A stretch of DNA of 64,000 nucleotides from Tubulanus polymorphus (taxonomy: Eukaryota; Animalia; Nemertea). Shown one piece after another: positions 50,201 to 60,435 of this stretch (position 1 is its first letter; the number at the start of each line of letters is the position of its first letter). The stretch is taken from positions 19,567,101-19,631,100 of the forward strand of contig NC_134025.1 in the NCBI RefSeq assembly GCF_964204645.1. Reading direction: 5' to 3'. Position numbers and translations under genes: made by a program. The notes under the pieces were generated by a model. It did no database searches, was not told the origin of the DNA, and saw nothing but the letters and a program-made list of their open reading frames with translations.

Positions 50201-51469
50201 AACTGGCCCTGTCAGAATCAAGATGGCCGACTGGCAGCCATTGTTGTTCGCCAAAATCAGCACTTTTTACACATTTTTGAAGTTTTTGAGGGAAATTTTG
50301 AAGACACTTTGATCAATTACCTTGATGGTTCGTATATATTTGAACCCCCAAAGGACCCATCAGCTTAAGAAAAATTGAGTCGATCGGGCTCAAGATGGCC
50401 GTCCAAGATGGCCGTCCTATGACCTTTTTAGTGCCCAAAAATGTCAATTTTGGCCGAAATTCTGGGTCCTGTAGCTTCATACTGGTTTGCCATTTCTCGT
50501 TGCAATTTGTGATGGGTATTCTTTGGAAAGGGATGTTTTATACCTGAAACAGGTATTCTTGATCAGCCAATTATGACGCAATTGGCGGCCATCTTGTTGT
50601 CATCAGTACTCATTGGTAGGTGGGAAAAAGTTTTTCAACATTTTATTGATACCTAAGCATATTGCGTTACTACAATCAATTGGAAAGTTGTAGCCCATAA
50701 CGTGTTCTATGATTTTGGTGAGTTTTCAGGTCATTGGTTTTTGTATATGGCCACCAGGGGGCGTTGAATAATACAATAACTTAGTATTTCTATATTATAT
50801 TCGTACCTATGCATATTTTGTAACCATAATCAATTGCAAAGTTGTAGCTCATGACATCATCTATGAACGTGGTGAGTTTTAAGGACATTAGTCTTATATG
50901 GTCACCAGGGGGCGTTGAATTGTAGAATAACTTAGTATTTCCTTATTAGATTGGTACCTAGGCATATTTTGTTGCCATGATCAATTGCCAAGTTGTAATT
51001 CATGATATGTTCTATGATTATGGTGAGTTTCAAAGTCATTGGGTTTTGCATATGGTCACCAGGGGGCGTTGAATAGTAAAGCAACTCAGTATTTCCATAT
51101 TAGATTGGTAACGTGGCATATTTTGTTATCACTATCAATAACAAAATCGTAGCTGTTGAAATGTTCTATGATTGTGGTGGGTTTCAAGGTCATTGGTTTT
51201 TGTATATGGGTCCAGGGGTGTTGGATATTGAAACTGTTAGATTGTTGAGCATTTGCTACCAAATGTTGTATCTTTTGAATTTACTGGGGCTTGTTGCTCA
51301 AAAGTTGGTTATCATACAAATGCAGTTTTAACTTGCCCCTGGTAATGAATATTTGGAAATCAAATGTCCGAATTTAAATGTAAATTTATTGTAACATTTG
51401 GTTGTGTTTTATGTTTTGCAGGTTGTCGGAACAATGGATGTTCACAAGAAAATGGTAGTCGATGTATAG
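27079..51469 (+). CDS. PPP3R1: Calcineurin subunit B (PP2B regulatory subunit, 4 EF-hands), 170 aa
   Basis: Exons 27079-27081 (ATG|gtaag), 31677-31716, 35315-35491, 37741-37800, 39067-39251, 51422-51469 total 513 nt. Protein: [75 protein letters not shown]...[14 protein letters not shown]...[30 protein letters not shown], with an N-myristoylation glycine. Confidence 0.97.
27355..27854. mobile_element. Tc1/mariner-type palindromic MITE (500 bp)
   Basis: TA-CTGTCTGTCACAC ... GTGTGACAGACAG-TA, with arms pairing over ~200 bp. Confidence 0.85.
29470..29800 (-). pseudogene. Decayed DIRS-type retrotransposon RT/RNase H fragment
   Basis: Frame-shifted translation gives [50 protein letters not shown] and [12 protein letters not shown]. 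These resemble the DIRS motifs INxEKSxLxPxQxxxFLG, LAxLIGKL..PAPL and TDASxxGWGA. Confidence 0.7.
29937..30196. mobile_element. MITE with 5-bp TSD (hAT5-like)
   Basis: CAGGCGCGGATCTAG ... CTAGATCCGCCCCTG flanked by GTCAG on both sides. Related ends occur at 3459, 15207, ~19990 and 28940. Confidence 0.75.
32259..32287. repeat. (TA)n microsatellite
   Basis: Uninterrupted TA run. Confidence 0.9.
35988..36145. mobile_element. pogo/Tigger-like MITE
   Basis: TA-CAGTGGAACCTCGTTA ... TAACGAGGTTCCACTG-TA. Related ends occur at ~14140, 14185-14482, 20960 and 42788. Confidence 0.8.
37190..37661. mobile_element. MITE with 5-bp TSD (hAT5-like)
   Basis: CAGGTGCAGATACAG ... CTGGATCTGTGCCTG flanked by ATCTG on both sides, with AGGGCA subterminal motifs. 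Confidence 0.7.
40428..40472 (+). CDS. Candidate alternative terminal exon of calcineurin B ([14 protein letters not shown])
   Basis: Strong acceptor tgtgttgtttattatgttttttag. Phase 0 fits the exon 5 donor, and length and xVG start resemble the canonical last exon. No transcript evidence is available. Confidence 0.45.
   Translation, partial: AVGHTELTFSTLQI
41400..43012. mobile_element. Tc1/mariner-like non-autonomous element with nested inserts
   Basis: TIRs CAGAGCATTTCATAAAAAAACCAGACCCTCAGA / TCTGAGGGTCAGGTTTTTTATGAAACACCCT. It contains a (TACR)n microsatellite (41742-41789) and a Harbinger-like MITE (~42302-42612, AGCCGCGATCA..TGATTGCGGCT). Confidence 0.65.
43964..44711 (+). mobile_element. 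Harbinger relic with a truncated MADF/Myb-like ORF
   Basis: TAA-AGGCT ... AGCCT-TAA ends and GC-rich subtermini. From 44351 it reads [32 protein letters not shown], a MADF-like N-terminus. Confidence 0.6.
45615..48281 (-). mobile_element. piggyBac DNA transposon in calcineurin B intron 5 (antisense)
   Basis: TIRs CCCTGGGATGCCCA / TGGGCGTCCCAGGG and internal IR GTCCCATATATGGAACACC (~45749 and ~48247) enclose the transposase. Flanks are not TTAA. An outer TTAA-CTCT..AGAG-TTAA shell lies at 45173-48519. Confidence 0.8.
45941..47718 (-). CDS. piggyBac transposase (PGBD-like, DDD)
   Basis: 582-codon open frame with an acidic N-terminus, [32 protein letters not shown] and the C-terminal Cys-rich [16 protein letters not shown]. 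The likely true ATG at 47718 is out of frame by one base in an A5 run. Confidence 0.93.
48600..49431 (+). mobile_element. HINE family copy (5'-truncated)
   Basis: Collinear with 57020-57700, with two 154-bp repeat units. Confidence 0.8.
50013..51258 (+). mobile_element. HINE family copy
   Basis: TTTTTAGCCCACTTGGGACT start, (GTCC)n tract and four ~154-bp repeats. The 3' terminus is missing. Confidence 0.85.
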
Positions 51470-53472
51470 CCACATATCAAATTTTGCATCATCTTACTTA
51501 AAAGATTTTACCCTGTTTTCGTTTTAAAAACTGTTCATATGGACATGCGTAGCCTGCCCTCAGGGATTAATTGCCGTCATTGGATGATATCTACTACAAG
51601 GGGAATGCATGCATGTGTAAAAAGGCTGCATACCTGATGGATATTATGCATGTATTGGAAACGTGTTCCCACCTGAATGTACCGATGTTAAATCGTATCC
51701 GGTTGCGCCTCACGCATCCAGTGCCTCCTCGTTTTCAGTGGAGAAATGGCAGCAAAATGAATCACTACATGTATGGTCATCTTGTATTACAAACTTATCT
51801 GAAAGAATGAACTGCTTACTATGTATTGGAAACAAGGATCCATGGAAAAAGACCCCTTTCTACGCTTAACATGTGAATAGTCTATTGAAAACGTGCACAA
51901 CTTGCTGTGGAAATCAAAGCCATACCAGTCAACTCTTCAAACTGATTTATAAACCTAGTTATTCATTAATTGATTTGCAGTTAGCTTTTTTGAATATAGG
52001 CAGGTTTTGATTGTTCTCAACTGATTCTGGAATACTTCTAGTGTGTTCATTTCAACCAATGACCATTTCTGTGTATAGTCAATGACCAGTGTGTATTCCA
52101 TTTCCATCAACTGTATTTGAGAATTATTTCTAATCCAGAAAAAGTTCAATTGAAACCTTCCATAGGCTATGGTGCTAGCTACATACAATCCCACTTTAGT
52201 TTGAAGTTTCATTTGAATATTTACTTGAAAACAAAAGTGATATGTTAGTCCTTCTATGGCCCTGTTCTTAGCCGGTTGAATGATAGAAATAGATGTACTG
52301 GGTCAAGTTTCACAAAAAAAATTCAGCTTAGTTTGAATAACTGGATAATGTTAGTAAATAGTACAGTCAACCACGCACAATTCCAATCACCTGGGACCGA
52401 GTAAATTTATCTGGATTTGAAGAGATCCGGATTACAACTGTAACTACACAAATGGGTAATTCTTAATCTTGTTGTTGCACTCTGTAGACTCGCAAAGTGG
52501 ACAGGTTTGAGAACATGGGTGCAAATTACCAACAGCAATTCAAAATCAAAAGTGAGAAGTGTGTAGCCACAATTATTGTAGCTTCACAATAATCGAATGA
52601 ATTACTGAAATGGTTGTTAAATTTGATAATCATATTGATAGTATGGTAATATTATGGGGCTCTAGTTCATTTTCCCAAACGGTCGGAACTTCTAATTTTC
52701 TCAACGAAGCCTCAAAGTCCATTAACCTGTCGTTGATAATTTTGTTAATTATTGTTTTTAACGTGGTTTGTCAAGAGTTGGCTGGTCAGGTGCAATAAGT
52801 ATGATATTGGTTATTATTGACTACTGGGTATACTGTTATTGAAGACATTGACAATTGTTGTAATTTTTTTTTTACAAAGGTTCATATTGTGTATAAAAAC
52901 ATCATACCTATGTACATTAAGGTAGAACATGTTCAGTGAACTCTACCTACTGGTGAAATTATAGGGTTTGAAAAGTTGATGAGATATTGTGTAAAGAGAG
53001 CCGTTTGGAATTTTTTTGTTCTAAAAGGAACAAATTATTGAAACCAGGACAAATGTTAACGGTGCAAAGAAATACCCTGTTTCCCGACCATTCATATTTA
53101 GAAGTTACTATAGCAAGTAGAATTTTTATCAACTTTTTTATAGAAGAGATTCTATTTTAAAAACATCCCTGGTCATTTTTAAAGTAATGGGGTAGACCAT
53201 TTTCAACTCACATGGGACTGAAGTCTCAGCGGGCTATTGCATTCACTTTTTGGTCGTCGGGCATCCATTCGTTCATAGATAAGATCCAGTTATTTTGGAA
53301 TGTTTTTAAGACGCTTCAATGGATTGTCTTGATATTTGGTCTTTACCTGTATCTACCCTAGACACAGCTGCAGCCCAAAAACGGACAAGATCAAGATGGC
53401 TGAATGGCAGCCATTGTAATTCACCGAATTCGGCACTTTTGATGTATTTTTGAAGTTTTCAAGTGAACTTAA

Positions 53473-53864
53473 AGCCCCGAACACACTATGCGATTTTCAT
53501 AAATTGGCAGCGAATTTCGCAGCGAATTTATTGCACAGAGCGGAGCAGACACACCTATGGGATAAGCTGTTAGCGACCTCATGCGGAGTTCGTGGTCATG
53601 TGATCAAACAGATTGCAGCGTCCGGGAAACTTAAAATTGTTGTTTTTGCTGGTCATTGATTGGTTCGATTTCAAGTGGTTCGCGGCGAAATTCGTATCTC
53701 ACGGTCACACTGCGCGAAAATATTCGCTGCGATAAAGATTTTCGCATGCGACGGATCGCACGCGAAAATCGCCTGCAGCCGACCGAACACACTATGAGAA
53801 TTTTGCTGCGAAATCTGAAATTGCAGAGGCTGTGCGAATAAAATCGCATAGTGTGTTCGGGCCT
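53473..53864. mobile_element. PIF/Harbinger-type MITE nested in a diverged HINE copy (~53200-53970)
   Basis: TIRs AGCCCCGAACACACTATGCGATTTT / AAAATCGCATAGTGTGTTCGGGCCT, with flanks TAA and CAA. Confidence 0.8.
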
Positions 53865-55738
53865 CAAGGAAAATTGGGTCGATCAGAAACAAGGTGGTTG
53901 TTCTGTTAGATTTTTTCCGCCTAGAAAGGTCATTTCAGCCTGAATTCAGAAACTCTGTAGCTTGCTAATAGGTTCTAGTGACCTTGCGGGCTGCAGCTTA
54001 CAGTGTGCAGGTAACACTTCAAAGGCCGTCCCGTTGTGAGGTTAAATGACTAATGCAGAAAACCAAGATCTGAACGACTGACTAACTTGTCTTAAATCAC
54101 CAACATCAGCAAGCCATTAAGAACTTCTCTCCTAGTTTTTTTTTTCATTTGGTTATATTGATGGTGACGTACAAGGGTTTGGCTTGGACAAAGAAGAAGG
54201 GTATTTCTTTGCACGGCCTTAGAACATGATCGGTACTGAGTATGGCAGATTTTACAGTAGCTATACTCTAGATTTTGACTGGGTTGATATGATGAAAGCA
54301 TAAATTTGATGACGCAATGAATTTCTTACATTCAAAGATTTTGAAAAAACTTGTTACTGTTCAGTAAGTTAGTAATTGTTGGAGTTGACATTTCGATGAT
54401 TGAAATTTTGTATGTATTGTTGGAGCCTATCTAGTCGGAAATTAAATGCGATTTGTCATGTTTTATTGCAGAAGTATGCCTCCATCAAAAGGTTTCTTTT
54501 CGTACCTATTTGACAAAAACCACTTAAGGATAAAAGTATTAGGTCTAGTAATTATTTCTGAAATCAACGCGTGTGAGTTATTGTAAGAATCTCAAACAAG
54601 GCTGAAGATTAGTGTCATTGAACTAACTGAAACTGCAGTGCTATTGTATAATGCCATCTATATCTTATTGGTTACTGGTTCATCAGTCTATTTATCAACA
54701 CTTGATCTGCGAAACTCAGTGGTCATTTCATTGTCAAGACTAGATTATTAGTAGTTCAACAGTCAAGACACTTAACCAATTCCATAGTTAGGATTTGACC
54801 CTAGCATTAACTTATTCAAAAGGAACCAATTTTAACTCCGTATTGAATCTAACTAAAAGCTGTCAAACTGGGCACAGGCTTTTTGTCCTATAATAATAAG
54901 GAAATTAAAGACTGTTCACATGAGTGTGGAACTGCGCATTATTAGAATTCCTAGAAGGTAGATTGTGACCGGTAACTACAAGTTGAAAACAGCATCTTTC
55001 AATTCGGTATAGGACTATAAATATTTTACAAAGTAACTTAAGATCAGTATGTACAAGATACAAGTCAGTTCGTTATAATAGAAATAATACTGTAGCAGTC
55101 TAAAGTGTTATGATTTTGAAATTCTGCATGTAATAATCAGTACGCATCAATAGTCTATTTCAGCTATCATACTGTTTATCTTTTAAGATAACGATGTAAC
55201 ATTTTCTCTCTTTGAAACAATGACTAATCAGAAATATACGCTCATATAAACATGTACATGTAGAATAAATTTGACAAGTGGTCGTAGTTCCACCTTGAGT
55301 AAGATTGCATGGTAGATGAATATGTGTAAATAATAGATTGTTGTAATTTCAAGATTTAACTTATTGTTGTTCACTGAATAATAGTTTTGTTCCATTTTTT
55401 CCCCTTTTTTTTTTGTTAAAAGTAATATCTAATGATGAAGTTGGCATGTGAGTATAAAGGCGTTTCAGTGTGCATCTTAGTCCAAGTCAAAGATATTATC
55501 ACCACCAACTAGTTCATTTTGATTCAATTAAGCAAACTTCGGTCATTGAGTCTTAAATGATGGGGCAAACAGAACAGTTAAGAACGAATTTTACTTAACA
55601 TATTAGAAGTACACTCATATTTCTTGTGCTCATTGAGTGAATTATGGCTTCATATTGTGCCTTGTTTGTTTTTTCATTTTTTTCTATTATTGACATTATG
55701 TTGTTGTTATATTTAGATATAGAATATACATGTATTAA

Positions 55739-56329
55739 CCCTTTCGCTACGTGTGACGTTTTGGAAACGTCATATGGAGTGACACGTGCTGTGCGTATGA
55801 CGTTGTAGAAACGTCATGCACCTATTGATTTATAACTCGAACGCGTACACAGCAAACAGTATGGAAACGCATGTAAGACAAGATAGTTAGCTTTCTAAAC
55901 AACAGATGGCGAAAATGCGTCAGTAGTTGGTGCTGTCAGCCTGTTGAGCACATGGTAATTTGCGCGGGATTGAGATGGCTGCTCGAAAGAAAGTTTTCAG
56001 TGCTAATCAAGTTTAAGGCAAGATTTACGCCGACGACGACAGTGAAGATGACGATTTAGATGACGGGGGTGATTTCGGACTGGGCGGAGACGACTCTTGG
56101 GACGAACTGAAAAAAAAAAATTTCTAACCCATCCTGACCCCCCCCCCAACACGCCCCCCCCCCTACAGAAAAGGCTGTTGGTATGATTTTTTACTGATTT
56201 TCACTAAATAACATCATAATCTTCGATAAAAACGCGAAAAATCGGGGTTAAAAACAATTTGAAAAAAATCGAATTTTTCGGAAAATACCTTACGTACGGG
56301 GCGGTGCAAGCGTGTACGTAGCGAAAGGG
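55739..56329 (+). mobile_element. Non-autonomous piggyBac (internal-deletion derivative)
   Basis: TTAA-CCCTTTCGCTACGT ... ACGTAGCGAAAGGG-TTAA. It retains a relic transposase N-terminus MAARKKVFSANQV*GKIYADDDSEDDDLDDG from 55975. Confidence 0.9.
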
Positions 56330-56925
56330 TTAATACATATTAATTTTACGCATAACTAGGATGAATGATGCTATGATTCATACAGTTAAAGCCTACACGT
56401 TTCTTTATTCCACAAACTCTTGGTCGTTTTAGCCCACTTGGGACTTAAATCCCAGCTAGCTATTGTGGTCACTTTTTGTTCGTCCATTCAGTTATTTTGG
56501 GAAGTACTGAAAATACTTCAATGCATTGTCTTGATATTTGGTTTATACATGTATCTACCCTGGACATATCTGCAGCCCAAAAATCAGGATGGCTGACTGG
56601 TGGCCATTGTTGTTCACCAAAATAAGTTTTTACCCAAAATGCTTCAATCAATTATCTTGATCTTTTATATATATTGGTATCCACAGGGCCCATCAGCACA
56701 AAAAATAAGGGTGATCGGTCAGGGTGATGGCCATCCAGGTTGATTTTTTACCTGAATTAGGCGGCCTGTAGCTTTCTAATGGGTTGCTATTTTTTCATTG
56801 AAATGAATGATTGGTAAACTGTGCGAAGGTATTATTAACCTGTCAGATGCATATTTTATCAGTCAATTGCCATGCAATAAACAGCCATGTTGGTGTTATT
56901 TGTCCACGTTCATAGATGGAATAAG

Positions 56926-58194
56926 TTTTTTTAGCCCACTTGGGACTTTAGTCCCAGCGGGCTATTGCGTTCACTTTCCGTTCGTCCGTCCGTCCGTCCG
57001 TCCGTAGACGGAATCCAATTATTTTGGGAAGTTTTGAAGATGCTTCAAGGTAATGTCTTGATATTTGGGTTTCACATGTATCTACCCTAGACACATCTTC
57101 AGCCCAAAAACTGGCCCTCTCAGAATCAAGATGGCCGACAAGCAGCCATTGTTGTTCGCCAAAATCACACTTTTTACACATTTTTGAACTTTTTGAGGGA
57201 AATTTTGAAGACGCTTTGATCAATTACATTGATCTTTCGGACATATGTGAATCCCCCCAGGGCCCATCAACTTAACAAAAATTGTGTCGGTCAGACTCAA
57301 GATGGCCGTCCTATGACCTTTTTAGTGCCCAAAAATGTTAATTTTGGCCCAAATTCTGAGTCCTGTAGCTTCCTACTGGTTTGCCATTTCTCATTGCAAT
57401 TTGTGATGGGTATTCTTTGGAAAGGGATGTTTTATACCGTGAGGTATTTTTCATCAGCCAATTATGACGCAATTGGCGGCCATCTTAGTGTCACCAGTAC
57501 TCATTCGTAATTGGGAAAAAGTTTTTCCACATTATATTGATACCTAAGCGTAATTTGCTACCACAATCAATTAGAAAGTTGAAGCTTATAACGTGTTCTA
57601 TGATTGTGGTGAGTTTCAAGGTAATTGGATTTCGTATATGGCCACCAGGGGGCGTTGAATAATACAATATCTTAGCATTTCTTTATTATATTCGTACCAA
57701 TGCATATTTTGTAACCACAATCAATTGGAAAGTTGTAGCTCATGACATCATCTATGATTGTTGCCAGTTTTAAGGACATTAGTTTTTCTATATGGTCACC
57801 AGGGGGCTTTGAATAGTAAAATAACTTAGTATTTCCTTATTATATTGGTACCTAAGAATATTTAGTTACCATGATCAATTGCAAAGTTGTAGTTCATGAT
57901 ATGTATTATGATTGTGGTGAGTTTCGAGGTCATTGGGTTTTGAATACGGTCACCAGGGGGCGTTGAATAGTAGAATGACTTAGTATTTCCATATTAAATT
58001 GGTAACGAGGCATATTTTGTTATCACAATCAATTACAAAATCGTAGCTGCTGACATGTTCTATGATTGTGGTGAGTTTCAAGGTCGTTGGTTTTTGTAAA
58101 TGGTCACCAGGGGGCGTTGAATATTGAAATTGTTAGATTGTTGAGCATTTGAAACCACTTCCCAAGTGGGCATGGTGTCCCTGGACCCCTAGTT
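56926..58194 (+). mobile_element. Full-length Helentron-associated interspersed element (HINE/DINE-1-like)
   Basis: T-run-AGCCCACTTGGG 5' subTIR with an adjacent hairpin, (GTCC)n microsatellite, four 154-bp tandem units, 3' subTIR CCCAAGTGGGC and a terminal hairpin ending CCCCTAGTT. No TSD. Partial copies lie at ~56427-56800 and ~58230-58603. Confidence 0.85.
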
Positions 58195-59715
58195 TAGGAA
58201 AATATCTACAGGTTTTAACTTATAGTCTTGATATTTGATGATTGTTAGCACTTTCATAGAATTTGGATCAGCCAGTTTATTGTTCTTGTCACCAGGGGAG
58301 TTGGGTAATAAATCATATACAATTTGTCTATTTATATTGGTACTTTGGATATTCTGTAACAGCAGTCGATTGCAAAGTTGTAGTTATGACATGGTGTATG
58401 TCAGCGGCTTTTGTATATTGTCACCAGGGGCATTGAATAGCAGAATAATTTAGTATATTTTACCTTGGTAATTGTAGCTCACGACATGTGCTATGATAGT
58501 GAGTTTCTAGGTCATTGGTCACCAGGGGGCGTTGAATATTGAAATTTTCAGGTTGTTGAGCATTTCAAACCACTTCCCAAGTGGTGTCCCTGGACCCCTA
58601 GTTAGAAAAAAAATTCAAGTGTTACAACTATCAGCATTAGATGATAATGAGATTATATGTAATGGAAATTAGTTAAATTGCCTGACTGATAGCAAGAATT
58701 TATCACAAACTAAATTACACTGTAATAATTACAGTTAAGAGGTTAATTATTAACCTCCTAAAACCTGAAGAGAGAATGGCAATTGAATTATCTTTTAATT
58801 TTGTCGAACTGACAAGCTTCAAAGAAATCTCCCAATGATGTCAAAAGTTGTTTAGATTTAATTTATTTGAAAGCAAATGCCAATCAGTAGATTTGATCCC
58901 AGCGTTATTATCATTGATGATTTATAACAAATTTCTTTAAGACCTCTAGTGTTAAAATCTCTAGTGTTAGCCTATTGCGTTAACTGATTCGATGTCAACT
59001 TTACGGGCAACAAAGGTTGCTGCCAAACTAAATTTGCAGGCCACATTTTCCACATAGGTCTATTTCTAAGTCTAATGATAAAGTAAGGTATGCATAAGTC
59101 AGATAAGCTTAACCTGGATATACGCATGTCAAGTCCCGGTCCATTTGGGAATGAAATAGTAAAAAATGTACGATTTAGTCGGTTTTCATAAGTGAAACTC
59201 GGATAAAATGTCTCGGTCCAATTTAGCAATTGTAGTACATTTTCGTATCTGAGATCAAAACTTTCAAGATCCATCTGAACTAAGTACGTGCCTAACACTT
59301 GGGTGGCACAACTTCATTAATCATTAGTGTCAGTAAAACATAAAACAGACAAGTGACTTAAAACTGATTTGATTAATTTTCAAGTTATTGCCAAGCAATT
59401 AAAAGGTCAGTAGGCCATGTACATAGTGTACAATGTGCATAGTTGTGCACAGACTGAAGAGACAATTCAAATTCATATGAAATGCTTAGAGTAGAGAACA
59501 AAATAACCGGATAACGATCATCCTCTTAGACCTTCTGATACAGATAGTTGGCTGTAGTCCCAGGTGATCTGACTTATGCATACTGTACTGAATCGTTGCA
59601 TAGAGGTATTCATCCACGAATGATCCCTTGGTATTCTGTTCAATTTCTAAGCTGTTTGCATTTGAGCGTCATTTCAACCACTACAAGTCAATTAAATCAA
59701 GAACCTGCTGCCATC

Positions 59716-60435
59716 TATAGTCTATCCCAGTGGTTATGATCGCGGCATTTCCACTCTCAAAGAGCCAGTATCAACAAAAATTTAATTGATACTGACAGCT
59801 GTAAGTGGTCAAACTCACCATGAGCATCCCTGACTCCCTGGACCCCAGCTGCTTGTTACTATAGTAACAGGCAAGAGTGAATAAAGAGCAAAACTTTTCG
59901 AAGCTTACACTAAGAAAATGAAGAAATTAGCAAGGAAAAATTAGTTTTGAAGTCTTGTTGCATTCAAGAGTGAATATTTTCCGAGGATACCAAAGTCAAT
60001 GTTTACATTAGAAAGTGTCAGAACTAATTTTCAAGTTGAAACATTATATTTGGACAGTGTTTAAGCAAAATAGCAACACAGTACGTACGAATCATGAGAT
60101 AATAATCAAATCCACAAATAGTCATTTGTTAACATATTTGCGCATGTCTAGCTTTGTAAAGCGCACAAAATAAGAAATTAATCCACGAAATTCCATGCTT
60201 AAATACATTTTAAGTAATTCTCTTTGAGAATATACAAGAAAAAACCAAATCTAGAGGAATAAAGAGAAGTGAATGACCAGGATGGGAAAACTTTAGTATT
60301 ATTCACTCTTGAATGTAGTAGTTGCCTGACCTCAGTTACTTGTAGGGTTGAGCACATAGAAACCACAGGGTTCCAGATCTGCGATGATATGAACTGTTTG
60401 ATGCACCGCGATCATAACCACTGGGATAGACTATA
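59716..60435. mobile_element. Unclassified MITE with 30-bp perfect inverted ends
   Basis: TATAGTCTATCCCAGTGGTTATGATCGCGG / CCGCGATCATAACCACTGGGATAGACTATA, with an inner IR CATTCAAGAGTGAATA / TATTCACTCTTGAATG. Confidence 0.75.

Noticed and set aside
57530-58140. CRISPR-like regularly spaced repeats
   Set aside because: The intervening sequences are homologous to each other (154-bp tandem units) in a eukaryotic TE, and there are no cas genes.
48259-58453. Numerous 60-100-aa ORFs in the ORF track
   Set aside because: They fall in HINE/MITE repeats or UTR/intron DNA, with no recognisable domains and frames not conserved between copies.
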